Shown one piece after another: positions 37,805 through 49,959 of a stretch of DNA of 64,000 bases (position 1 is the stretch's first letter; every line of letters starts with the position of its first letter). The stretch covers positions 65,720,001 to 65,784,000 of the forward strand of contig NC_090334.1 in NCBI RefSeq assembly GCF_035084215.1, written 5' to 3'. This DNA comes from Heptranchias perlo. Its lineage: Eukaryota. The notes below the pieces were generated by a model, which was not told the DNA's origin, did not search any database, and saw only the letters and a list, made by a program, of their open reading frames with translations. The translations under genes were made by a program, and so were the position numbers.

Positions 37805-38039
37805 TTGTAAACAATTTTACAACACCAAGTTATAGTCCAGCAATTTTATTTTAAATTCACAAGCTTTCGGAGATTTTCTCCTTCCTCAGGCAAATGTTTC
37901 AAGATCTTGAAACATTTGCCTGAGGAAGGAGAAAATCTCCGAAAGCTTGTGAATTTAAAATAAAATTGCTGGACTATAACTTGGTGTTGTAAAATTGTTT
38001 ACAATTGTCAACCCCAGTCCATCACCGGCATCTCCACAT
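37805..38039. mobile_element. PLE family A mini-insertion: perfect palindrome plus tail
   Basis: 37803-38006 is self-complementary around aga|tct; tail to 38039; 12-bp TSD aatgttttataa at 37793-37804 and 38040-38051. Confidence 0.9.
37914..37954 (+). ncRNA. Minimal hammerhead ribozyme-like motif (mirror copy 37855-37895 on the minus strand)
   Basis: AUUUGC-CUGAGGA-A-GGAGA-aaa-UCUCC-GAAA-GC-UU-GUGAAU. Confidence 0.6.
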
Positions 38040-40957
38040 AATGTTTTATAAAGTTTCATCATGACTTCCTTGCTTTTGTACTCCATGACTCTATTTATAA
38101 AGCCCAGGATCCCTCATGCTTTTTTAATTGCTTTCTCAACCTGTCCTGTCACCTTCAACGATTTGTGCACATATACCCCCAGATCTCTCTATTCCTGCAC
38201 CCCTTTTAGAATTGTGCCCTTTAGTTTATATTGTCTCTCCTCATTCTTCCTACCGAAATGTATCACTTCGTATTTTTCTGCGTCAAATTTCATCTGCCAC
38301 GTGGCCGCCCATGCCACCAGCCTGTCTATTTCATCTTGAAGTCCATCACTATCCTCCTCGCTGTTCACTACACTCCCAAGTTTTGTGTCATCTGCAAATT
38401 TGGAAATTACACCCAAGTTCAAGTCATTAATATATATCAAGAAAAACAGTGGTCCTAGTGCTGACCCCTGGGGAACACCACAGCACATCTCCCTCCAGTC
38501 CGAAAAACAACTGTTCACCATTATTCTCCATTTCCTGTTCCTTAGCCAATTCTGTACGCATGCTGCTACTACTCCTTTTATTCGATGGGCTTCAATCTTG
38601 ATTATAAGCCTATTATGCGGCACTTTATCAAACGCCTTTTGAAAGTCCATATACACCACATCAACTGCATTGACTTCATCGACTCTCTCTGTTACCTCAT
38701 CAAAAAACTCTATCAAGTTAGTTAAACACGATTTGCCTTTTACAAATCTGTGCTGGCTTTCCCTAATCAATCCACACTTGTCCAAGTGATTGCTAACTCT
38801 GTCCCGGATTATCGTTTCTAAAAGTTTCCCCACCACTGAGGTTAAACTGACTGGACTATAGTTGCTGGATTTATCCTTACACCCTTTTTTGAACAATATT
38901 TGCAATTCTCCAGTCCTCTGGCACCACCCCCGTATCTAAGGATGTTTGGAAGATTATGGCCAGTACCTCCGCAATTTTCACCCTTACTTCCCTCAGCAAC
39001 CTAGGGTGCATCCCATCTGGACTGGGTGACATATATACGTTAAGTACAGCGAGACTGTCTAGTGCCTCCTCTTCATCAATTTGTAGCCCATCTAGTACCT
39101 CAACTACATCGTCCTTTACTAAGACCCTGGCAGCATCTTCTTCTTTGGAAAAGACACATGCAAAATACTCATTTAGTACCTCAACCATGCCTCTGCCTCC
39201 TTTTTGGTCTCTAATAGGCTCCACCCCTCCTCTTACTACCAGTTTACTGTTTTAATGCCTGTAGAAGACTTTTGGTCTATGAAACACCTTGGGACCTTTT
39301 ACGATGTTGAAGGTGAGATAGAAATGCAAGTTGTTGATGTATATAAAATTAATCCTCAGTTTCCTTTCCACTGTTCAGCATTCTATAATATCTTCCAAAT
39401 AATGGTGGCTAATCCTTTGCTATTTCTTAGCTCAATCGAAGGGATTTTGTATGGCCCACTTCTCTATTTGAAGCCTTATGCCCTAGTGATATGGTAATAT
39501 CTCTGATTAATAACATTCCTTCCTTATTGAGCTAATTGTAATATTGAAAGGCAGCCCATGCATGCTGGTAACGCAGCCTCAGTTTTGTTCCATAAATTGC
39601 CCATAGAAAATGGAGGGTCCCACGAATCAGTCACGGGAGGTTTTACACCTAAATTTCTGGCTCCTGCCCTCTGCTTGAGAGGCCCCAAGCTACCTGAAGG
39701 CTTTGTACAATCGGCCCTTTGGAGTTCACTTTCCCTTCCAAGCTGTTCACTCTCCTCTCCTGACTTTCTCCTCCCCTGCCAAGTTAGTTTAAAATTTAAA
39801 GCAGGCAATTTGTGGAATCGCATGCAGGCCAATAATTCATCCTGCTTGATAATTACATCCTTAAGCAAAAAAACAAGATTACTATTGTACCTGGGAACCC
39901 TGTCACAATATAGTGAACATACATTTACTGCCACTTAGAATGCCCATTTGCTCACATTTTCTGACTCATTTTCAAAAGGCACTCCTGGAAACATACATAG
40001 GATTTTATTTTGCAAAAATCAATTACTGAGGAACAATTTTCAGACACTAATAGAAATTTGCCGGGCGTGATTTTCTAAATCTGCCTTTCTATTTTCTGCG
40101 TTTACAACAGTTAGACTCATGTTGAAGCAGAAATTGATTTTTCTAGTTTGATTCCAACTGTTGTCCACGCATTAAACTAAAATTCAGAAAAATAATGGCC
40201 AGAGAATTTCTATTAGGAACTGCAAATTGTTCCCCAGTCACTGCTTTGATCAAATCCCTTTCCTTTTACCAGGGACACCTTTTTGAAGATAGGTGCAAAA
40301 ATGTGGATAAATGCTGCATTTAGACTGGGACTGATTGCAGATTGATACCGTTCTCCACCCGAAAAAAGGGCACAAAGCATACCAATTTATCAGTGGAATG
40401 GCCTGCTTCTAACCTATGTATGTGTTTGTTCCACTGCTAAATTCCTGGGGCCTTTTTTGAAGGCAGCCCGAGCGGATGAGTGGGGCAGGTGTCGAGCTTG
40501 CCCCATTGGATTCGTCAGGGGGGCCCAGGACCGGCCAATTACAGGTAAGTTTGAAAATTATTCTTTTTTAAACCATTCTGTGGAGCCAGGAGCAGCAAGA
40601 GTGCTAATTGAATATGTAAATTAGGGGCTAACGCCTGTTAAAGGACCCCTTTGAGAAATTAGTCCACGAATGCTCAGTATTCTTCAGCGATTTCCCCTGT
40701 GGCTGCCAACAAAACGTAAGTGTGCAGACGGGAAGCAGATGCTGTTCAGTGTTTTCTTTTCATTCATTCTCGGGATGTGGGCATCTCTTGCAGGGCTGGC
40801 ATTTGTTGCCCATCCCTAGTTGCCCCGAGAACTATTTTCCTGAATCGCTGTAATCCGTGCTGGGAAAGTGAGCAGTTTGAGACAACTGAGTGGCTTGCTG
40901 GGGCAGTTAAGAGTCTTTGGTGCAGGACTGAAGTCACACATAGGCCAGACTGGGTAA

Positions 40958-42918
40958 CATAAGAAATAGTAGGAGGAGAAGGCCATACGGCATCTTGAGC
41001 CTGCTCCACCATTCAATAAGATCATGGCTGATCTTAGACCTCAACTCCACATTCCTGCCCGATCCCCATATCCCTTGATTCCCTTAGTGTCCAAAAATCT
41101 ATCGATCTCAGTCTTGAATATACTCAACGACTGATCATCCACAGCCCTCTGGGATAGAGAATTCCAAAGATTCACATCCATCTGAGTGAAGAAATTCCTC
41201 CTCATCTCAGTCCTAAATGGCCAACCACTTATCATGAGATTATGCCCCCTAGTTCTTGACTCTCCAACCAGGAGGAACAACCTCTCAGCATCTTCCCTGT
41301 CAAGCCCCCTCAGAATCTTTTCAACGAGATCACCATCCATTCTTCTAATCAAAGGACAACCCTCTCATCCCAGGAATCAATCTAGTGAACCTTTGTTGCA
41401 CCACCTCTAAGGCAAGTATATCCTTCCTTAAGTAAGGAGACCAAAACTGTACACAGTACTCCAGGTGAGGTCTCACCAAAGCCCAGTACAATTGCAACAA
41501 GACTTCCTTACTCTTATACTCCAACCCCCTTGTAAAATAGGCCAACATACCATTTGCCTTCCTAATTGCTTGCTGTACCTGCATGTTAACTTTCTGTGTT
41601 TCATGAACAAGGTCATCCAAATCCCTCTGAACAACAATAGAAACAATAGTTTCTCACCATTTAAAAAATATTGGGCTAGAAATTGGGCCGTCTAGCGCCC
41701 GTTGTTTCGGCGATACGCAGCCTCCTGAACTTCCAAGATGGCGTCTTGGATGCGCACGCACACTTCTAGCATGACATGCGTCGGATGCCATCTTGATAAA
41801 GGGTTTAGCACATGCACAAATATCGAACGCCGGCAGCATGGTAGGTGAGTGATTGGAGCTTAGTGCATGGAGCAGTGGATGCAGCTAGTGGTGCAGTTGT
41901 TAGTTGATACCACTTGACAGTTGACCTCACTCACCTTGCATCAAAGCATTGAACTTCTTCCTGCACTGCATCCATGTTCATGGTGCTATGCGCCTGGCAT
42001 TGATCTTGTCCCCAACTCCCTCCCACTGCCTCTTGAGCATATGTCTGGAGGGCTTCTTGCTCCTCCACCTCCCCCGTGGATATAGGATGCTCCTCCTTCT
42101 GTCCACCTCTTGCACCAAGGCCTCTAGTGCATCAGCGGAGAACCTTGGTGCACACACTGTCGCAGGCCTGGTACCAACTCAGACCAGCAGATTGGTAAAG
42201 TCTCACGTGCAGATTGGAGGATATGGGATTTAGTGGTGCGCAACCTTTATTCAATGTTTTAAAATAACTCCACAATTTGTAAGCATAGGGACGGGACCTG
42301 CATCTGTGCGATGTCTGATCTCCATTCAGAATCCGAATAACAGGTACCAGCTACCTTTAAGAGATTTTGGCAGGCTGTCAGAGAGACAGCCTACCTTTAA
42401 GAGATTGGGGCTATCCCTGCTTGTGAAAAGTGCAACTGTCCTTGAATTCTCGTGGCATGCTAATTTGGAACAAATGACTCGTCCTGCCTGTGAAGGAAGC
42501 ACTGGGTGTGGATTACTTACAATACCCTCACCCAGTTTCGGGCCCTATCCAATTTAACCCCCATTCTGTTTTTCTATTCTTCCTACCAAAGTGAATAATT
42601 TCACATTTCCCCACATTATAGTCCATCTGCCACCTTCTTGCCCACTCACTAACCTTTCTATTTCCTTTTGCAAATTCTTTGTCTCCTCCTCACAGCTTAC
42701 TTTCCCACCTAGCTTTATATTGTCAGCAAACTTGGATACATTACACTTGGTCCCTTCATCTATATTAATTAGTCATTAATATAGGTTGTAAATAGCTGAG
42801 GCCCAAGTACTGATCCTTGCAGCACCCCACTAGTTACAGCCTGCCAATCTGAAAATGTCCCCTTTATTCCTACTCTCTGTTTTCTGTCCATTAACCAATC
42901 TTCTATCCATTACCCCCA
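40958..42918 (-). mobile_element. CR1 LINE fragment, itself interrupted at 41673-42562
   Basis: ORFs 41345-41620 and 41041-41352; RT part 42563-42910; same family as 4809-5798. Confidence 0.88.
41673..42562 (-). mobile_element. Internally deleted Harbinger derivative with Myb remnant (relative of 24399-26075)
   Basis: Termini gggctagaaattggg / ccaatttaaccccc; 3-bp TSD att restores the CR1 sequence aaaaatattctg. Confidence 0.8.
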
Positions 42919-45900
42919 GGGTAAGTACAGCAGGTTTCCTTTCCTAATGGATATTAGTGAATCAGTTAAGCTTTAATGACAATCCGACAGCTTTGTGGTA
43001 ACTTCTAATGATACCAGCTCTTCATTTCTTAAACTGAATTCAAATTCTTAAATTGTCATGGTGGGATGTGAACTCACATTCTCTGGATTATTAGTCCAGC
43101 CCTCTGGATTACTAGTCCAGTAACATAACAACTACACTACCATACCCAGTGCTAAATGGATAAATATGAAGTAATACATTTTGGAAGTAAGATTATAGTA
43201 GCACATTATACCCAAGATAGTAAGATTTTCAATGAGTAGAGGAGCAGAGATATCTTGTTGTGCAAATGATCATTAAAGATGGCAGTGTGAATAGATAATG
43301 GCATAAAATGGCAAATTAAATTCTTGGTGTTGAATATAGATTGATTCCAGTGGTCAGCCAGATGGTAACCAGAACGCACAAGTTTAAGAGTTAAAGGTTA
43401 GTGGGGTCAAAAATTCACAGCCCTACAGGCATTCTCCCAATCGGGATTACAGCAGAAAGGCTTCAAATTAGGCTAAACTAGGTCCTGATTTTACATCAGG
43501 GATTTCTCAGGGATTGTAAGGGGAGTAGCCTCTGCCTATCTCAAACAAGGCTAGCGGCATAGGATGGAGTGACGTGAGGGCTCCTAACCTGTGAGTTACC
43601 ATCTTCTCAATCTCTCAAAGGACCAACTGATCCTAAGCGGCCAATATGCCAAATAGCAGGCATGCCGGCTGCTTGATTGGCCGTAGTGCTCTGGGAGTCC
43701 AAGCCAGGGACCTCCAGTGGCCTGGACCTCTGAAGAATAAGGCATCAACTGAAGATTTTTGAGCCTCCTTACAAAGGTGGTTGATGAGGACCATTATTAA
43801 GATGTTTTTGGGAGACCTCTCGACTTGCCGGCTTTCGGTGCAGTTTACAACATCCAGGGAAAGATGGATGTTCAAGATGTTCCCTTAGTGGCTTTGGCCA
43901 CCCACAATTGGCATTCAGATGAAGGAACCTCTCCTGACCTCGTGAACTTTGGCAGGATCAGCACCTCAGTGCCAGGAGTCCTAGGCGGGTGCATCCTGGC
44001 GCTTAAGTCAGGTAGCATCCACCATGGATCTTTGGCCTCAGTTTCTTTCCACAGAAGGTGGTTAGAATGTGGAATTCCCTGCCCTAACCACTAGTGATGC
44101 ACAGTCCATTTTATTTTAAAGCAAAGTAGATGATTTCTTAAAAAGGAGGAATGTCAAAGAGTATAGGGAGCAAGCAATTGATTAGGATTAGACTAAGTGG
44201 CTCATGTGGCAAAATGCACTGATGCAAACTTGATAGGCCGGATGACCTGTTTCTGTGCTGTAACATTTTATGATTATATAAGTCAATATGTTCAAAAGAG
44301 GAGGGAAGAAAATCAGCCGTAAAAACGTTCCATTTAATGCCTTAAGTAACCATTGGAGGCAAATTAACATTAATACACTGTTACCACCAAATCAGCCTTT
44401 CCAGCAGTAATGTTCTTGTTTTGAACTTGTTTCATGGTTCTTTATAATTCAAATTTGATGAAAAGGAATTAAGGTTTGAAAACAACATAATATAGCAGAT
44501 TTTTAGCTTTTGCTAACAAACTCCATGCAGTCTGGAGCAGATTGTTTCAAATTGGTTTCTAATCGCTGTTAGACACTAATTGTTAAAGGAATGTCTCTAA
44601 CTTGCATAAATGAAGCAAAGGGACATCAATAAGTGCTCATAATATATAATGACATCTTAAAAACAAGTTAATATTTGCACTTACTTATAACCAACATACT
44701 CAAACTGATGTGACACTTGTAAAGGAATATTTATAAATGCTCATACCGTATCATTACAAAACCCGCAGGCAGGTAAGTTTACAATTTACTGGCTTTTAAG
44801 TCAGCATCGGCTAATGTCACACAGAAAAGTTTTACTGATAGCACTGGGGATTTGAGAAACGAGACTGAGTCTGAAGCTGCATTTTAAAAAAAATGACGGT
44901 GAATTCCGTGGAGGTATCATTTTTTTTTCAGTTTAAGGGAACAGACATGGCCAGAAATGCTCTGCTAGTTGCAGGCTGCTTCTCTCTGCAAAGCCTTGCA
45001 ATGGTTATTTGAGCTTTCTGACGCTACATTGTACGATATCTGTAGAAAAGGCCAAACGATGCCAGTCAGCTTTTAGATTTCTTCCAATTGTAAAAGAGAG
45101 CCCTGCAGACTAATAAACGAGGTCCTCATAAAAGCTGGCACTGTTATCTCTGCCTAACTGTTTCATACTGGAAGGGAAGATAAACACAAGAGAATATCAG
45201 CTGATGGAAAATCCACAACCTTTTAACCTGTGACTCCAGCTGAATTTCTTCAGTTGCTTTCACTGAATCCTGTCATTATACTCTTTTTTTCTCTCTGTAA
45301 TTTCTGATTTTTGTTTTGTTTGCCTCTATCCTGTTTGTGCTTTCCAAAGGTCTTTGTTTATTTGTGTTATCGTCTACCTCCTGGGATTCTGTTCAGGGGT
45401 GAGGGGGGTGGTTATAGTCATAGATGTTTTGAAGTCCCTTTCAAGCTTACTGGGAATTCTGATCAAAGGCCATGAAAAGAATAGTGAAAGCACCTTCTGC
45501 CTCTTTATAAAAAAATGGAGATTGTCTCCTGCTCCCCATGGTTCTGTCTCAACCGATTGTTTATCTCTTGTCTACACATTGCTGTCAATGAAAACACTAT
45601 GGATAATAGGACCAGAAGATGGTGATCTAAAAACAGAAGTAAGGAATAGATGCATTTTTTTTTAAACAACAAATAAAGTCTTGACTGTCTTTTAATGAAG
45701 TTTTTACAGTTGGGGTTGATTATCCAGTGGGGTACAAGCACTTCCCAAAACCCAGTTGGTTTGACATTAGTGGGGGTGTACCAGGCACTATTTAGTTAAG
45801 CTCACTTTTGGGAGCTTTACTGTCATGGAGCCAAGCTCATAATATTTATGAAAGTGCTACACAAATGTTTACAGTTTTAGATGGCTAAGTGCAAGAAAAC

Positions 45901-47063
45901 CATGGGACTGTCTTTTGTCAAACATTGCCTGAGCATGGCCAGGATTAGCTGGTGCATGGAAACAGACAGGTCGAAGTTGTGTTGTTTGAGAGAGTGCTAG
46001 AATTTCAACATGTGTGCCCGTTTATAGGCAAAGTAGTACCAGGCATGCACAGAAAATACAGGTGACTGGTATTTTTGAACAAAGTTGCAAAGGTGGTAGA
46101 AAATAGTAAGGGGAGAATTTTCCTCTGCGATCGGGCAGCATTGGATTGTAGAGTGAAGGAAAAATCAGGTGCCTCACTGCCCTGAAGGATTTCCCTCCCC
46201 CCACCCCTGCCTGGGCTGCCGCTGGCCACTCCTTCCCCACCCACTGCATTAAAATGGTGCCAGAGGGCCAGAGTCCGGGTCCATAGAGTATTTCCCTCCT
46301 GTCCGCCCCACTTACCACCGCTTCCCGGGGTTGCCATGCGGCTGGTACTGGTAGGTCGCAGGAAGCAGTGTTGAAGACCTTAACGCTCCCCAATAGAGGG
46401 AGTAGGCCTTGTAGCTGACTCCAATCAGCCCCAAATGCTCACCTGCTGAGCCTTGATCCAATCTTCAGTGCAATTCTGTCCCTTTAAGCTGCCTTGCTGC
46501 CTCTTCTGGTACTGTTAGGCTCCCCCTTAGTGGTGGGAATCCCACTGGCATTGCCACCGTGCATATGGGATGAAGCCCGACCCGGTTAAATGATTCAGGG
46601 TTGGGAAAGATCCAAAGGGCAGATGGAAGCCCCACCATTCCGGAACTCTACCCTGTAGAGGAGGATCCTGTTTAATTCTTTTAGCCAGATGTTTGGTGTG
46701 TGTACAGCTAAAGAATAATTATTTTACTAAACTGCCATTATAATCCTCACTAGTTAAGTAAAATATTATTTCTTTAATTTGGAGCATGGAGCAAACCTTA
46801 CTCTCTGGTTATACAACACACACCTGGTACTTTTAAATGATTTGTTTCACTTCAAATGACAAAACACTCCAGTGCTCAAGTGCTTTGGATCAGTCCCCAT
46901 TACACAAAACACCAGTCCTCATTTCCCATTTAAGACTGAATCCATTTGTTTTAACATGTATTGTATCCTGACACAAGCCGCCAATTACTGAGTTTAAGCA
47001 GCAGACGACACACCAGAAATTAAAGTATGATGCATCTGATTTCAAAGCAAATGAGTTATATCA

Positions 47064-47176
47064 TAGAATCATACAGCACAGAAGGAGGCCATTCAGCCCA
47101 TCGTGCCTGTGCTGGCTATTTGAAAGAACTATCCAATTAATCCCGCTCCCCTGCTCTTTCGCCACGGCCCTGCAAA
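47064..47176 (-). mobile_element. CR1 3' UTR fragment
   Basis: tagaatcatacagcacagaaggaggccattcagccc, homologous to the tails at 23330-23395 and 37232-37350. Confidence 0.75.
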
Positions 47177-47799
47177 TGTTTCCTCACAATATATTTACAA
47201 TATTGTTCAGCCAATTTTCTTCTGTAGGCCCTTATTGTTGCTGGTGTACGGATCTATGTGAGGCATCACCTGGTAACCAGCCAAATTATTATTTTGCAGC
47301 TGTGAATATAAGGTTGACCAGCAATTTGAGTATGGATGGTGACATAACTGAGTCCAATCTTGTCCTTGACCAATATCTGAACATGTACGCTTTTCCTCAA
47401 GACAGCAATCAAAAGGGGGAATGCTGGCTAATTCTTCTCCTCCCCAACCCAAGAGGACTGAGGCTAATTATGATGATTTTGTTAACTCAGCGCAGACCAG
47501 GAGTTGATCTTGGGATTGTCTGGTTTGTATTACTTAGTACTGCACTACACTGGTGTATTTACCCAGCAAACCATCAGGTGAGCTTTCTATTACTTTAAAA
47601 ATGAAACATTACTTGAAATGCTTGCCTTTATATAGTGCTTTATCATGTCATTGAAGTGTCTCAAGGCAACTCACAAAGCAAATTGCTTTTTCTGGAGTTC
47701 ACCAACTTGTTATGTAGGCAAACATGGGAGCCAATATCTGTAGGCAATATGCCACAAACAGCAGAGCTGAGTGACCAGTTACTCTAAGTAAAATAAATA

Positions 47800-48238
47800 T
47801 ACATTTATATAGCATCTTTCATGACCTCAAGATATCTCAAAGTGTTTTACAGCCAATGAAGTACTTTTGAAGTGTAGTTACTGTTGTAATGTAGGAAACG
47901 CGGCAGTCAAATGCACACAGCAAGGTCCCACAAACCTTGTGATATTGTGATATTCATCAGATAATCTGTTTTAGTGATGTTGGTTGAGGGTTAAACATTG
48001 ACCAGGATACGGGGAAAACTTACCCTGCTTCAAAATAGTGCCATGGGATCTATTGAATCCACCTGAGAGGGCAGGCAGGGCCTTGGTTTAACATCTATGG
48101 CACCTCCAACTGTGCAGCACTCCCTCAGTACTGCACTAGGAGTATCAAGCTAGATTTTGTGCTTAAGTCTCTGGAGTGGGACTTGAACCCATGACCTTCT
48201 AACTTAGAAACAAAAGTGCTATCACTGAGCCACAGCTG
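47800..48238 (-). mobile_element. Near full-length DeuSINE (SacSINE1-like)
   Basis: tRNA-like head (tggctcagtg A box, gggttcaagtccc B box), Deu-like core, L2-type tail. Confidence 0.8.
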
Positions 48239-49959
48239 ATCCTATCTGTGTTTTTGGTAGTAAAAGATATTCTTAATACATAACTAGAATTCGGCAGCCC
48301 AATGCCATCCCGAAATACTTCAGGTACCACTTCTCATATATTTCATTGAGGACAACAAAATATGTTTTATTGGTTTTATTACTATTATTGCTTTGGTTCA
48401 CAAAGTAGCTTCTTGTCAATTAGAGGGTAACAACCCTTGGCTGCTCTCAACAGGGACACCAAGAACAAACAACGTAAGAAAGAAAGGAAGAATACAGCAC
48501 TGCTGGAGAGAAAGCAGTGAAACAGTGCACACAGCAAGCTGACCTGTTGCAACAGTCTCTGTAACCATGTCTGTTACTAGCGGTTTTCTTATTAACCTCT
48601 AATCACTGACAAAGTCATAATCACCAGGGACACAAATACAAAGGGCATCATACAATAACGAAATAAAGCACAATGCAGAGGTTTAGTGTACATTATTAAT
48701 TAGGAAACCTACCAATTGAGCTTTCAGACAACCAATTTTAAAATGAATTGTTTTTTCAATTTTACAAACTGACCCGCATGAGGTGAATTTGTGCTGTGGT
48801 ATTCATATTGAACGCATTAATGCGTTCGCACGAAGATCCTTTCTTGCATTACTTTAATGAAAACATCCACTTTAAACAGGTTAACACCTTTGTTAAAGTA
48901 GCACAGAAGAATTTCATACCAGTGCGTTTACTGATTTGTTACTAATACAGCACAATGCAATTCCAATCCCATAAAAAATCACCGCATTAAAATTGTGTAA
49001 ATAGAATAGCCAGAGCTCAATAGGCATGAACAAGAGAGAAAGGAAATCATCCAGAATAAGTGATCCCAACTACTATCCAGTGACCACCTGCTGGAAAGTG
49101 CCTTATGTGTAGATGCTGGTTGAAGAATAATCAAGGAGCAAGGATATTATCCATGGGTGAATTTCCCATTGACACTCACTAGCATGGTTCAATGAAAAAT
49201 GGCTATTTGGGTGGGGTATCAGATAGCTGCTGTCACTTATACCTCAGCATGAGACATTACCAACAGGAAAGGAGGCAAGAACTGAAGACCAAATTGATTT
49301 AGAAACTGAGCTCTCCTTGAATTGAGAGAATTTTCTTGAAAGAATAAACTGTAACTAAGTTAACTTATTATTATTTTGTGTCGCGATGCACATATGGGAC
49401 CACAGATGGCTGACAGATTATTCAGTATATAAGGTGCTGACACCTTCAAGATGTTGTAGTGAATCAGGGAACACAAAGGATTTATATTCAATTACCAAAA
49501 CCTATACCTTTCCATCTGTTTTCTCTCCTTTTTCCTTGTGTTTTTCACTTTTTTTCATTTTAACTCCCTAGAACTAAAGAAGTTTCCAGCATGGAGGGAA
49601 GCCATTCAGCAAAACACATGCCAGCTATTCGCTATTGCAATCCAAAACAAATCCCACTCTCCTGATCTCTTTCCATGGTCCTGTATCTTGCTCTGCAAAT
49701 CAGGGGCCTAATGCCTGTTTCAAGCCCCTTTGGGAAATTGGTTTGCAAGGAATTGCTGAACAGAGTGGTATGTGCCAGGGAAATGCACATTCATGTGCCG
49801 TGAATGCTGCGGTCAGTTTTATCAGGAGCTCAGCAGCCAAACCAGCGTTCCTTAAAGGGTCTGCTGGGGGCTGCTACCCAAAAGGTAAGTTTCATGTCCT
49901 TGCTATCCGACTGGTGAATCAATGCTATCCACTCTCTATGGTTTTAATATTCTTCCCAT

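Larger units (their letters stand above)
37232..39276 (-). mobile_element. CR1 LINE (~2 kb) with RT domain, frameshifted
   Basis: ORFs 38877-39224, 38189-38905 (NYSPVSLTS, DFQKAFDKVPH, GVPQGSALGP, KFADD), 37528-37794 and 37228-37503. Confidence 0.92.
36672..39340 (+). mobile_element. L2 LINE 3' fragment, split at 37231/39277 by a CR1 insertion
   Basis: LIH.FVTSRLDYSNALLA.LP...IQNSAA.IL motif; 3' UTR resumes at ctatgaaacaccttggg...aatgcaagttgttg; ctat duplicated at both junctions. Confidence 0.85.
40755..43148 (-). mobile_element. tRNA-derived SINE split by a CR1 insertion
   Basis: Head 42925-43148 (gggtatggtagtgtagttg...gagttcacatcccacc), tail 40755-40957; TSD gggtaa at 40952-40957 and 42919-42924. 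Confidence 0.7.

Noticed and set aside
44690-45260. Repeat-free stretches that could be conserved enhancers (also ~9240-9630, 18240-18600, 48480-48950)
   Set aside because: Conservation cannot be judged from one sequence; short TF motifs are expected by chance
48170-48238. tRNA-like A/B boxes (also ~52950, ~43070-43148, ~55830-55890)
   Set aside because: SINE heads; no complete cloverleaf
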